Assembly (NCBI GenBank): GCA_023898465.1
Contig: CP060223.1
Span: 320,001-384,000, forward strand
Length of the DNA stretch: 64,000 nucleotides
Direction: 5' to 3'
DNA from: Candidatus Nomurabacteria bacterium
Lineage (GTDB): Bacteria; Patescibacteriota; Patescibacteriia; HK-STAS-PATE-3
The translations under genes and the position numbers were made by a program. Under the pieces are notes generated by a model. The model did not search any database. It was not told the DNA's origin and worked only from the letters and a program-made list of their open reading frames with translations. Shown in pieces: positions 18,011 through 27,292 of the stretch. Each line of letters begins with the position of its first letter. Within the stretch, counting starts at the first letter, position 1.

Positions 18011-18490
18011 CTATTCACCGCTTGATCCGGCGCCGATCGAGGCTCCAAACACCGTCACTCCGTCGCGTTGTCCGATCATCAAGTCAACCGGTGGGAGTTG
18101 GATGAACTTCATCACATAAGGGTTCAGATACTGCAGTACCCGGAAGTGGGCAGCGTATCCGAGTATCGGGTCAAATCCGTCCGAAGGTTGGAAGCCAAGC
18201 GTTGCTGATACACCGAGGAAAGGAAGCGGTTGCACATGGACATGGCCGCCCAACATCCAGAGGATTTCCTTGTCCTCGACCTGCAGGCAGACTTGGGGTC
18301 CGACCGAGAGGTGGCTGAGAGGAAAAAGTCGATGGTACTGACCGTCGAGACGCAGTTCGTCTTCTTCATCGACTCTGGTGTCGCCACCAACGATGATTGC
18401 TCCGAACTTGGGATGAGTATCGTCGTCAGCCAGGCTTGTCCCAGCCATCAAGCCTAGCAGTAACAGTGAAAAAAGAACGCACACTTTCAT
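18011..18490 (-). CDS. Small secreted hypothetical protein with a signal peptide. The gene is strongly GC-enriched compared with its flanks. Start chosen at MKVCVLFSLLLLGLMAGTSLA…
   Basis: ORF-track 18011..18577 with an internal ATG at 18490 preceded by a GGAGGG RBS. There is an N-terminal signal peptide and conspicuous GC-rich codon usage. A spurious antisense ORF (18230..18457) is typical of GC-rich coding DNA. Confidence 0.55.
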   Translation of the reverse strand: MKVCVLFSLLLLGLMAGTSLADDDTHPKFGAIIVGGDTRVDEEDELRLDGQYHRLFPLSHLSVGPQVCLQVEDKEILWMLGGHVHVQPLPFLGVSATLGFQPSDGFDPILGYAAHFRVLQYLNPYVMKFIQLPPVDLMIGQRDGVTVFGASIGAGSSGE

Positions 18491-18578
18491 GGCACACCCT
18501 CCGTATGCATAGTGGAAACTGACGCTTACTATGGTACTCCAGGAGGGACTATCTCGCAAAAAGTGGAGAAATAGCAAC

Positions 18579-18607
18579 TTGACAAACAGGCGCTTTTTCG
18601 GTATGTT
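18579..18607 (+). promoter_or_regulatory. Promoter of rnpB: -35 TTGACA (18579-18584), 17-nt spacer, -10 TATGTT (18602-18607).
   Basis: Consensus -35 with the correct spacing, a few nt upstream of the predicted P1 5' strand of RNase P RNA. Confidence 0.5.
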
Positions 18608-18611
18608 CGCA

Positions 18612-19036
18612 TGTGCTGACGTGCGCCGGATGACTGCTCCGCCTTAGGTGGAGAGGAAAGTCCGAACACCCCCCAAGCCCCCCATTTTTGAGAGGTTTGT
18701 GGAAGTAGGTCGTTCCGAAAGGGAACCGAGCAATTGGTTGTAAGCTTTCGGCCGAATAACCAATGGTTTAGGGAAAGTGTCACAGAGACAATACTGCCGA
18801 TGATCTCGCTTAGCGGGATACAGGTAATAGGTGAAAAGTAAGGGCCTAAGAATCCTTTCTCTTCATAGGTGACTATGAGGAGTGAAAAACCCGACCTGGT
18901 GCAAGATCGCATAGGTCTAGTCATTCGACTGGACGGGTAGATCGCATGATCCCGACGGCGACGTCGGGGCTAGAGAGATAGTCATCCCTCATTATGAGGA
19001 CAGAATTCGGCTTATAGGTGTGCGTCAGCACCTAAG
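18612..19036 (+). ncRNA. rnpB: RNase P RNA (bacterial type A-like M1 RNA)
   Basis: Contains the universally conserved P4 strands GAGGAAAGUCCGAAC (about 18650) and ACAGAAUUCGGCUUAUAGG (about 18995). The P10-12 region is also M1-like (AGGGAAAGUG…GCCGAUGAU…GGGAUACAGGUAAUAGGUGAAAAGUAAGG). P1 can pair 5' GUGCUGACG (18613-18621) with CGUCAGCAC (19023-19031). Confidence 0.85.
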
Positions 19037-19043
19037 AGAATTT

Positions 19044-20432
19044 ATGAAAAAGCTTGAATTGGTAATTAGCGCAATTCTTGTACCGATCGACTGGCTTATG
19101 ATCGTTGCTGCTGGTTTGGCTTCGTATTACCTACGTTTCACCAGTTTTGCTGAATTGCGACCGGTTATTTATGAAATGCCATTTGATGAGTACGTTAATA
19201 TCGTGCTCGGAGTGGCAGTGTTATGGCTGCTTATTTTTGCCATGAGCGGTCTCTATAGCTTAGGTGGTCGTGTCCGATGGGTTGATGAATTCGCAAAGGT
19301 CTTTTTTGCCTGTTCAACCGGAGTTATGCTCCTGATTATTTTGATTTTCTTCCAGCGTGAACTTTTTTCTTCACGTTTTATTATTGTATCCGGCTGGGTG
19401 CTTAGCATACTTTTTGTGGCCCTAGCCCGCATTGTGGTTCGCGTTGTACAACATTCCTTATATGTGAAAGGTGTGGGTGTGCATCGTTTAGCTCTGGTAG
19501 GTAATAGTGGATCTCAGCATGAATTACAGAATCACATTAGCAATCATCCTGGGTTAGGCATGCGTGTGGTGCATACCTATGGGCAAGCAGATGAAAGCGT
19601 TCTTCCTCAGCTGGAAACGCTTATGCAACAGCGTGCCATTGACGAGCTAGTGGTCACTGATGCACGGATGCCAAAAGAAGCTATGTTGAAGTTGATCGAA
19701 TTGGCAAATGATTATCATGTAAATTTTAAATATGCGGCAGATCGTTTTGAGACCATGGCGTCAAGTATTAGTACGCAAACGCTGGGTGGTATACCGATCA
19801 TTGAATTGTGCCGCACACCGCTCGATGGTTGGGGTAAGATATTGAAACGCAGCTTCGATATTTTTGGCGCGGTGATAGGTCTCATCATTCTTATTCCAGT
19901 CGGCGCAATAGTCGCCTTAGCTATCTCCATAGACAATCCAGGTCCGATCTTTGTTCGACTTGAGCGGATAGGTAAAGCAAATAAACGATTCCATCTTTAT
20001 AAGTTTCGTTCCATGGTGCCAAATGCGCATGCTATGAAGCCACAACTCATGCAAATGAATGAGCGAAATGATGGACCCCTCTTTAAAATGAAAAACGATC
20101 CACGCATTACGCGAGTTGGTCGCTTCCTCCGGGTTTCCAGTATTGATGAGCTACCGCAGCTATGGAACGTGTTAAAAGGTGAAATGAGTTTAGTGGGCCC
20201 TCGTCCACATGAGCCAGAAGAGGTGGCAAAGTATTCGCGCAACGATCGCAGCCTGCTGACTGTGAAGCCGGGGATTACCGGCCTGGCACAGATTTCCGGT
20301 CGTTCTACACTTAGCTTTGAGGAAGAGGTGCGCTTGGATCTCTATTACATTGAGCATTGGTCGCTTCGTCTAGATCTGCATATACTCGTAAAAACACCCG
20401 CAGTCGTGTTGTCGACTCGTTCCGCCGCATGA
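19044..20432 (+). CDS. Polyprenyl-phosphate sugar phosphotransferase (bacterial sugar transferase family, WbaP/CpsE-like; initiating enzyme of polysaccharide synthesis)
   Basis: N-terminal TM helices plus the C-terminal bacterial sugar transferase domain (…FKFRSM…, …DELPQLWNVLKGEMSLVGPRP…). Starts 8 nt after rnpB. Confidence 0.85.
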   Translation: MKKLELVISAILVPIDWLMIVAAGLASYYLRFTSFAELRPVIYEMPFDEYVNIVLGVAVLWLLIFAMSGLYSLGGRVRWVDEFAKVFFACSTGVMLLIILIFFQRELFSSRFIIVSGWVLSILFVALARIVVRVVQHSLYVKGVGVHRLALVGNSGSQHELQNHISNHPGLGMRVVHTYGQADESVLPQLETLMQQRAIDELVVTDARMPKEAMLKLIELANDYHVNFKYAADRFETMASSISTQTLGGIPIIELCRTPLDGWGKILKRSFDIFGAVIGLIILIPVGAIVALAISIDNPGPIFVRLERIGKANKRFHLYKFRSMVPNAHAMKPQLMQMNERNDGPLFKMKNDPRITRVGRFLRVSSIDELPQLWNVLKGEMSLVGPRPHEPEEVAKYSRNDRSLLTVKPGITGLAQISGRSTLSFEEEVRLDLYYIEHWSLRLDLHILVKTPAVVLSTRSAA

Positions 20433-21565
20433 AAAAACCACGCATCGCTTTAGTTCATGAGCACTTAGCCCAGGACGGGGGAGCAGAAAAAGTGCTGAAA
20501 GTGTTTCAGGAAATGTTTCCTGAGGCGCCTACCTATACCTTGGTATTTGATAAACGCAAAACGAATCGGGCCTTTTTAGGAAAGGATATTCGCACGTCTT
20601 TTATTCAAAAGTTGCCTTTCGGGGTACGTCATTATCAAATGTATTTGCCACTTATGCCATCGGCGGTTGAGCAATTCAACTTAGGTGACTACGATATTGT
20701 GCTCTCTTCCAGTTCTGCTTTATCAAAGGGCGTGCTCACGCTTCCAGAGACTCTTCACATTTGTTACTGCCATTCACCAACGCGCTATCTGTGGAGTGAT
20801 ACGCATCGTTACGTGCAGGAGCTACCCTACAATCGTCTGATCAAAAAGTTTGTTCCGATGCTGCTTAATCGCATTCGCATGTGGGACCGTTTAGCGGCTG
20901 AGCGAGTTGATACTTTTATTGCAAATTCATACGCTATCCGACGTCGCATTCAGAAATATTATCAGCGCGACAGTCAGGTTATTTATCCGCCGGTTGATGC
21001 ACAGTCATTTAGTATTAGCCCGACTATTGGCAATTACTATTTGATCGGTGGTCGCTTAGTTGCGTACAAGCGCTATGACCTGGCGGTGATGGCCTTTAAT
21101 CGCCTTGGTATTCCTTTGAAGATATTTGGCGATGGGCCGGAACTTAAAAACCTCAAAAGCATTGCTAAGTCTAATATTGAGTTTGTCGGCAAAGTTTCGC
21201 CGGATGAATTAAAAAAGCTGTATCGTGAGTGCGTGGCTTTTCTTCACCCACAAGAAGAAGACTTTGGCATCACTGCAATTGAGGCAATGGCGTCTGGTCG
21301 TCCTGTTATTGCGTATGCGGCTGGTGGTGCGCTGGAAACAGTAATACCCGGAAAAACAGGCGAGCTTTTTGATGATCAAAATTGGGAAACCTTAGCAGAC
21401 ACAATAGTCCGTTTCCATCCCGAACAGTATTCACCAGAAGAAATTCGTGCGCACGCTTTGCAGTTTGATACCGAAGTGTTTAAGAAGCGGGTGCACGACT
21501 TTGTCGATCAAAAATACGCTGAGCATTCAACTATTCGTAATTCATCACATCCCTATGGAGCTTGA
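20429..21565 (+). CDS. Glycosyltransferase family 4 (GT-B, RfaB-like). Internal ATG at 20429 (ATGA overlap with the upstream stop).
   Basis: C-terminal GT4 signature (…EDFGITAIEAMASGRPVIA…GG--E-V…). Confidence 0.8.
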   Translation: MKKPRIALVHEHLAQDGGAEKVLKVFQEMFPEAPTYTLVFDKRKTNRAFLGKDIRTSFIQKLPFGVRHYQMYLPLMPSAVEQFNLGDYDIVLSSSSALSKGVLTLPETLHICYCHSPTRYLWSDTHRYVQELPYNRLIKKFVPMLLNRIRMWDRLAAERVDTFIANSYAIRRRIQKYYQRDSQVIYPPVDAQSFSISPTIGNYYLIGGRLVAYKRYDLAVMAFNRLGIPLKIFGDGPELKNLKSIAKSNIEFVGKVSPDELKKLYRECVAFLHPQEEDFGITAIEAMASGRPVIAYAAGGALETVIPGKTGELFDDQNWETLADTIVRFHPEQYSPEEIRAHALQFDTEVFKKRVHDFVDQKYAEHSTIRNSSHPYGA

Positions 21566-22178
21566 CGGATACCTACGGGCCACATTGCGCCGCCGCACTT
21601 TGGTCATCTCACTTACCTTACTCGGCGGTATTATTGCCTTTGTCTTAAGTTATCTGACGCCGGTGCGCTATGATGTGGCAGTCGCCTCAACTATCCAGCG
21701 TGTGAATGGTCAGAACACTGAACAGTTTCAGTACGATGAGTATTATGCACTGCAGTCGGTTGACCTCGTGGCGCAAACTATCGTGAGCTGGTTTGCCACC
21801 CCATCTTTTGTGGTAGCGGTGTACGAGGAAGCTGGGTTTGATCCGGCAGTCCAATCAGTCAACGAATTAAGTCGTCGCTTTGAAGCACGGAAGTATTCCG
21901 GCCAAAACGTGGTAATAAACTTCACTCAAGAATCGCGAGACAGCGCTGAAAAACTTGCCCAGGGTATTATTGCTTTAGTTGGTGAGCGAGTACCGCAGCT
22001 TGTCCAAGATGCTAATGATACTGGTGCCTTTGCAATTGATTTTGATGCGCCGGTTATTTCCGAGCGAAAAGCAAATCAATTACTCGATACGATACTCGGA
22101 TTATTGGTAGGACTTTTTGTTGCCCTGTTTATTGCCGCTGCGCAAGAAGCCTTAAGCCGGGACACGCAAAGTGTCTGA
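21555..22178 (+). CDS. Wzz-like polysaccharide chain-length determinant N-terminal domain protein (short)
   Basis: About 207 aa with a TM helix after a basic N-terminus, a periplasmic domain and a C-terminal TM helix. This is the Wzz/Cap8A-like topology. Confidence 0.45.
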   Translation: MELDGYLRATLRRRTLVISLTLLGGIIAFVLSYLTPVRYDVAVASTIQRVNGQNTEQFQYDEYYALQSVDLVAQTIVSWFATPSFVVAVYEEAGFDPAVQSVNELSRRFEARKYSGQNVVINFTQESRDSAEKLAQGIIALVGERVPQLVQDANDTGAFAIDFDAPVISERKANQLLDTILGLLVGLFVALFIAAAQEALSRDTQSV

Positions 22179-23307
22179 GAAACGAGTTGGCATTGATGCA
22201 CGTTTCTTTGGACCAGGGGGTAAGGGCTTAGGTCGCTACACCGAGCGTTTGATTAAACACTTGGAGGCACTCGACTTGCCATTTGAGCTGGTAGTTTTTT
22301 TGCGCGAAGAAAATTGGGAAGAGTATCAGCCAAGTAATCCCAAAGTGAAGAAAGTCTTAGCTCCGTATCGCTGGTATTCACTTGCCGAGCAGCTGTATTT
22401 TCCACGCTTGATACGCGCGCAAAAACTTGACCTCACCCACTACGCACACTTTAATGTGCCACTCTTTGCGCCAAAGCGTTTCATCGTCACTATTCACGAT
22501 CTCATCTTAACAAAGTTTCCCACCGAGCGGGCGAGCACACTAGGCCCCTTACGCTATTGGGTGAAACATGCCGGGTCGCAGTTGGTCTTGCAGCAGGCCG
22601 TGAAGCGCGCAGAGAAGGTGATTACAGTATCTCAGTACTCAGCCGAGCAAATCGCTCAAACGCTCCATGTGCCAAAAGAGAAAATTCAAGTAATTCTCGA
22701 GGGTTGTGAACCATTAGCAAACACAGATCCAGTGAGGCCACAGAGCTTAACCCAAGTAGAAGATGGCTATGTGCTCTACGTTGGTAACGCGTATCCGCAT
22801 AAGAATCTAGAATATCTGCTAGAAGTTTGGGAAAAGATGAGAGCCTCTGGACGTGATGAGACGCTCGTCTTAGTGGGTAAGATGGATTATTTTTATTCTC
22901 GGCTTCGTGAGCGCGCCAAGCAAAAGGGTTTACTCGAAGGAAAATCACCAGTTGTCTTTGCTGGAGGTTTGAGCGATGCCGAGCTGCAATGGGCTTATGC
23001 ACACAGCGGTCTCTATGTATTTCCATCTCTTATGGAAGGTTTTGGTCTGCCTCCGCTTGAAGCAATGCGCGCCGGCGTGCCTGTGGTGGCTGCTCGTGCT
23101 TCTTGCCTCCCTGAAATTTTGGGCCCGGCTGCTGAGTATTTTGATCCACATTCACAGGAAGACCTCCAGCGCGCTATGTTGGCTGTTTTAGATAACCCCG
23201 CACTTCGGGAAAAGTACATCTCCTTAGGCTATGAGCAGATAGGGCGCTATCGTTGGGAGGAAATGGCAAAGCAGACCGCCCAACTTTATCAAGAACTGCT
23301 ATACTAG
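22171..23307 (+). CDS. Glycosyltransferase family 4
   Basis: GT4 C-terminal motif (…FPSLMEGFGLPPLEAMRAGVPVVA…) and overall GT-B layout. 378 aa. Confidence 0.8.
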   Translation: MSEKRVGIDARFFGPGGKGLGRYTERLIKHLEALDLPFELVVFLREENWEEYQPSNPKVKKVLAPYRWYSLAEQLYFPRLIRAQKLDLTHYAHFNVPLFAPKRFIVTIHDLILTKFPTERASTLGPLRYWVKHAGSQLVLQQAVKRAEKVITVSQYSAEQIAQTLHVPKEKIQVILEGCEPLANTDPVRPQSLTQVEDGYVLYVGNAYPHKNLEYLLEVWEKMRASGRDETLVLVGKMDYFYSRLRERAKQKGLLEGKSPVVFAGGLSDAELQWAYAHSGLYVFPSLMEGFGLPPLEAMRAGVPVVAARASCLPEILGPAAEYFDPHSQEDLQRAMLAVLDNPALREKYISLGYEQIGRYRWEEMAKQTAQLYQELLY

Positions 23308-23326
23308 GGTGATAGAGGATTGACCC

Positions 23327-25531
23327 ATGCTACACTCATCCAAATCTAACTCGACCGAAGGCGTCCCACAACAAAATGTGCTTGATTTGCGCAAAATGTT
23401 GCAGCGGCCAAAACCAGCGCCAGAAGTAAAGAAAAAACCTGTTCAGAAAATAGTGAAAGAGCAGCTTTCTTCTCTTCGCCCGACTCATTTCTCAATTGAA
23501 AAACCAAAGGTGAGCATGCGCTTACCTCAGGTTTCTTTTGTATATTTCCGTCGCCTACCTGGACATTGGCGAAGTGTGCTGGTCTTTGCGGCGATTGCGT
23601 TACTTTTACTCAGTCCTATGCTCCTAAGCGGGCCTGTACGTCGTTTACATACAGCGAAAGGTGAAGTTTTAGCTGCCTCCACTCAAGCCTATGCGTTTTT
23701 ACAAACAGCCGGTGATGAGGCGAGTCAATTTGAGTTTAGCAAGGCTGAGGATGCTTTTAACCAGGCGCTCAGTCAATTTCAAGATGCGCAAAATTCTTTT
23801 GATGGTATTGGTGGCTCATTAAAGACGATTTTGCGGATTATGCCTTTTACCGGCTCCTCAGTCACTACTGGTGAAGCGTTGCTGACGGCTGGTCAGTCAA
23901 TCGCCCGAGCTGGTCAACGCTTTAGCCAGGCGGCGCAGGTGCTGACCGAGCAAACGAGTCAACTTGATCCAAATGTAGAGCAGGGCACAAATTTACAAGA
24001 AATTTTTCAAGTACTTCCCCCGGCTTTAGATGATATTAGCAGTGACATCGATGTTGCGCTGGCAGCAATTAAAAAGGTTGATCCAAAGCAGGTACCAGAA
24101 TCATATCGAGATGCGCTTGAGCAAGTGCGAAGTCAGCTGCCGAGTTTTTATGTAGCATTCCATCGAGTTCAATCAAGTGTTCATGTGCTATCTACACTCT
24201 TCTCTAGCGGCGAAGAAAAGCAATACGCTCTCGTCTTTCAAAATAGTAATGAGCTACGCCCGACCGGTGGCTTCATGGGGAGCTGGGCGCTTATCAGTGT
24301 ACGGGATGGCCGAGTAAAGGTGCTTGAAGTGCCAGGGCGGGGTTTCCTCGACTTAAATTTTGGAAGCGATGCACCGTATGTGCCACCTGAGCCTCTCCAG
24401 CTCGTTAATCCGACTTGGCAAATTCAAGACGCGAATTGGTGGCCAGATTTTCCTAGCTCGGCCGAGAAAATTAATTGGTTCTACGAGCGGGCAAGAGGAT
24501 ACCAGCTTGATGGCATTATTGCCATGACACCAGCAGTCGTAGAGGATTTACTTAGCTTAACCGGCTCAATTGAGTTACCTGACTATGATTTGCAGGTTGA
24601 TGCCGAGAGCTTCCGCACCGGTTTACAAGAGGCAGTTGAAGTGACCTATGATAAGGAGTTGAACCAGCCGAAGCAAGTTGTTGGAGCATTATTGCCCAAG
24701 CTGCTTGAATCAGTTTTTGCGCTGCCAACCAAGGATTTACTACAGGTCGCATCAGTCTTAACCGATTCATTGGCTCATCGAGATATTTTACTTTATAGCA
24801 AAGATGTTGACTTACAGAACGAAATTCGCGACTTAGGTTGGGCTGGGGAGGTGTTATCGGCGCCGCATGATTATCTTCAAGTGGTCGAAGCGAACATCGG
24901 GGGTGGCAAGACCGATGGCATGATGCAGCAAGATATTTCCCATGAAGTAAGTATCCAATCTGATGGAAGTCTAGAAGTGCACCTAACCTTGCACCGGCGT
25001 AATCTCGGCGATCCAAATGACGAGTGGACTGGTGTGAAAAATGTCTCGTACTTGCGTTTCTATGTGCCAGAGGGAAGTCGTTTCTTAAGCGCTGAGGGAT
25101 TTACTGCGATTGGTCCAGGGCGTCAGCAACGCGTACCCTCTGATGCACAAAGCGATCCGACGAGTGCTGGGCTCGAGCAAATTGATGCAGAGGATGCGCT
25201 TTCCCATACGCAGATAAGTCATGGCTTTGCTAAGACAATATTTGGTAATTGGCTTGAATTAGGCCCTGGTGAAGAAGTAACTGCAACAATAAGCTATCAA
25301 CTACCGTTTACTTGGGATGATGTGCGTAAGGATGGATATAGCCTCTATGTTCAACAACAAGCCGGGACGAGTCAGCGTACATTACTAAGTAGTTTTAGTT
25401 TTCCTGAATCATTTACTCCAAACTGGTCTAGTCCGACCGGTGGAGAGGTATATCGCCTCGGAAATTCGGTGCGCTTTTCTGCTCCTTTAGTAATGGATCA
25501 GAGTTATGCGCTTTCTTTTACTAAGCGCTAG
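23327..25531 (+). CDS. Large membrane-anchored extracytoplasmic protein, possibly DUF4012-type, associated with a polysaccharide locus
   Basis: 734 aa with a single TM near residue 90 and a long extracellular region. The DUF4012 assignment is by recollection of architecture and is tentative. Confidence 0.4.
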   Translation: MLHSSKSNSTEGVPQQNVLDLRKMLQRPKPAPEVKKKPVQKIVKEQLSSLRPTHFSIEKPKVSMRLPQVSFVYFRRLPGHWRSVLVFAAIALLLLSPMLLSGPVRRLHTAKGEVLAASTQAYAFLQTAGDEASQFEFSKAEDAFNQALSQFQDAQNSFDGIGGSLKTILRIMPFTGSSVTTGEALLTAGQSIARAGQRFSQAAQVLTEQTSQLDPNVEQGTNLQEIFQVLPPALDDISSDIDVALAAIKKVDPKQVPESYRDALEQVRSQLPSFYVAFHRVQSSVHVLSTLFSSGEEKQYALVFQNSNELRPTGGFMGSWALISVRDGRVKVLEVPGRGFLDLNFGSDAPYVPPEPLQLVNPTWQIQDANWWPDFPSSAEKINWFYERARGYQLDGIIAMTPAVVEDLLSLTGSIELPDYDLQVDAESFRTGLQEAVEVTYDKELNQPKQVVGALLPKLLESVFALPTKDLLQVASVLTDSLAHRDILLYSKDVDLQNEIRDLGWAGEVLSAPHDYLQVVEANIGGGKTDGMMQQDISHEVSIQSDGSLEVHLTLHRRNLGDPNDEWTGVKNVSYLRFYVPEGSRFLSAEGFTAIGPGRQQRVPSDAQSDPTSAGLEQIDAEDALSHTQISHGFAKTIFGNWLELGPGEEVTATISYQLPFTWDDVRKDGYSLYVQQQAGTSQRTLLSSFSFPESFTPNWSSPTGGEVYRLGNSVRFSAPLVMDQSYALSFTKR

Positions 25532-25545
25532 TAGAATAGCATTTT

Positions 25546-27177
25546 ATGAGTGGTCGCTGGCAACGAATTCAAACATCACTAACTGGCGGAGCCTTGCTGA
25601 TTGCAGCGGCTTCTTTAGTGAGTAAGGTATTAGGCTTTGTTCGTGACAGGCTTTTGGCTGCTCAATTTGGCGCAGGTGATACGCTTGATGCGTACTATGC
25701 AGCGTTTAAGCTTCCGGACTTAATATTTAATGTGCTGGTGCTCGGCGCCTTATCAGCAGCTTTCATCCCTGTTTTTATCGAGCGTTGGCAAAAATGTCAG
25801 ACCGAAGAAGAAAAACAGCAAGCGTGGCATATTGCAAATTCGGTTTTAAATATTTTGCTGATTATTCTGGCGGTCCTTAGCGTGCTCTTGATACTTTTCG
25901 CGCCGTGGTTAGTACCGTTTTTGGCTCCTGGATTTCCTGAAGAGAAGATGCGTCTAACTGTGCAGCTGACGCAGATCATGCTCGGTTCGATTCTTTTCTT
26001 CGGGGTGAGTAATGTGTTTAGCGGCCTATTAAACGCTTTTCGACGATTTGCTGCGTATGCTATGGCGCCGATTTTTTACAACGTCGGCATCATCGTCGGT
26101 ATCACCGCGTTTTATAGCTGGTGGGGCATCCCAGGTTTAGCCTGGGGGGTTGTGTTAGGTGCGGCATTGCACATGCTTGTACAAATTCCGGCCGTCTTTC
26201 ACACGGGTTATCGCTATTCCACCGCACTTGATATGCGCGATCCAGCAGTGAAAAAAATAATGCGCCTTATTTTGCCGCGAACTTTAGGCCTAGCAGTAAA
26301 CCAATTGAACAATGTTGTCATTACCATCATTGGGTCAACTCTGGCAGCGGGCTCGGTCGCCATTTTTAATTTTGCAAACAATTTACAAAGCTTTCCCATT
26401 GGCTTAGTCGGAGTTTCGCTTGCTGTGGCGGCCTTCCCATATTTTTCCGAAGCTTTTTCTCAGCAGGATAAAGAGAAGTTTGTGACGCATTTTTCTATAA
26501 CCCTACGTCGGATCGTCTTCTTTATCGTGCCGGCCGCTGTCCTCATCCTCTTACTACGTGCGCATATTGTTCGTGTTGTCTTGGGGGCAGGGGAGTTTGA
26601 TTGGGAGGCAACATATTTAACTGCGCAGACGCTGGGGTATTTCGCAGTCTCACTAGTAGCCCAAAGTTTATTACCAATGTTAGCTCGGTCTTTTTATGCT
26701 GATCAGGATACAAGCACTCCGGTAAAAATCGCTGTGGTCAGTCTCTTGGTCAACGTCGCTTTATCGATCTGGTTGGCGCCTCAGCACGGAATACTTGGTT
26801 TGGCTGCTGCATTTTCCGTAGCCAATGTGGTGAATATGCTGCTCTTATTGGCAGTGCTTCGGGTACGGCATGGAAATCTCGATGACGAGAGAATAATCCG
26901 ATCGACTATTAATATTTTACTCGCCTCAGCAGTGATGGCCTTGGTTACCTGGATAAGTTTGCGCGCATTTTTACCTGGAATTAACAATCGGACCTTTATC
27001 GGCATCTTCTTGCAAGGGGCAATAGCGGGCAGTATTGGTATTCTTGTATATTTGGGAATTGCCATCACTTTCCGTTTTGATGAGGTGCATCTTGTCACAA
27101 CACGTCTGCAGCGGATTTGGCAACAATTGAGAGCTGTGCTAAGAAACGGTGGTAAGTGGAAACAGGGAGCAGAATAA
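25546..27177 (+). CDS. murJ: Lipid II flippase MurJ (MviN)
   Basis: 543 aa, about 14 TM helices, with a conserved MurJ N-terminus (…SLVSKVLGFVRDRLLAAQFGAGDTLDAYYAAFKLPDL…). Confidence 0.88.
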   Translation: MSGRWQRIQTSLTGGALLIAAASLVSKVLGFVRDRLLAAQFGAGDTLDAYYAAFKLPDLIFNVLVLGALSAAFIPVFIERWQKCQTEEEKQQAWHIANSVLNILLIILAVLSVLLILFAPWLVPFLAPGFPEEKMRLTVQLTQIMLGSILFFGVSNVFSGLLNAFRRFAAYAMAPIFYNVGIIVGITAFYSWWGIPGLAWGVVLGAALHMLVQIPAVFHTGYRYSTALDMRDPAVKKIMRLILPRTLGLAVNQLNNVVITIIGSTLAAGSVAIFNFANNLQSFPIGLVGVSLAVAAFPYFSEAFSQQDKEKFVTHFSITLRRIVFFIVPAAVLILLLRAHIVRVVLGAGEFDWEATYLTAQTLGYFAVSLVAQSLLPMLARSFYADQDTSTPVKIAVVSLLVNVALSIWLAPQHGILGLAAAFSVANVVNMLLLLAVLRVRHGNLDDERIIRSTINILLASAVMALVTWISLRAFLPGINNRTFIGIFLQGAIAGSIGILVYLGIAITFRFDEVHLVTTRLQRIWQQLRAVLRNGGKWKQGAE

Positions 27178-27185
27178 GCCCGTCT

Positions 27186-27287
27186 ATGCATCAACACATC
27201 CGTAATTTCAGCATCATTGCCCATATTGATCATCCCGCTACCACTCTGTTTTTTTATCTACTAAGTAGGCGGGACGGGACTCGGTAA
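27186..27287 (+). pseudogene. Relic of a lepA 5' end: a 33-codon ORF encoding M-HQH-IRNFSIIAHIDH, then unrelated sequence, ending 5 nt before the real lepA start.
   Basis: The 12-aa stretch IRNFSIIAHIDH is identical to lepA residues 8-19 (27314-27349). At the DNA level it differs at 9 of 12 codon third positions. Confidence 0.4.
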
Positions 27288-27292
27288 TCTCT

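Noticed and set aside
18529-18924. 131-aa minus-strand ORF overlapping the RNase P RNA gene
   Set aside because: The region carries the conserved P4 and P10-12 sequences of RNase P RNA on the plus strand. The ORF is an artefact of the structured RNA gene.
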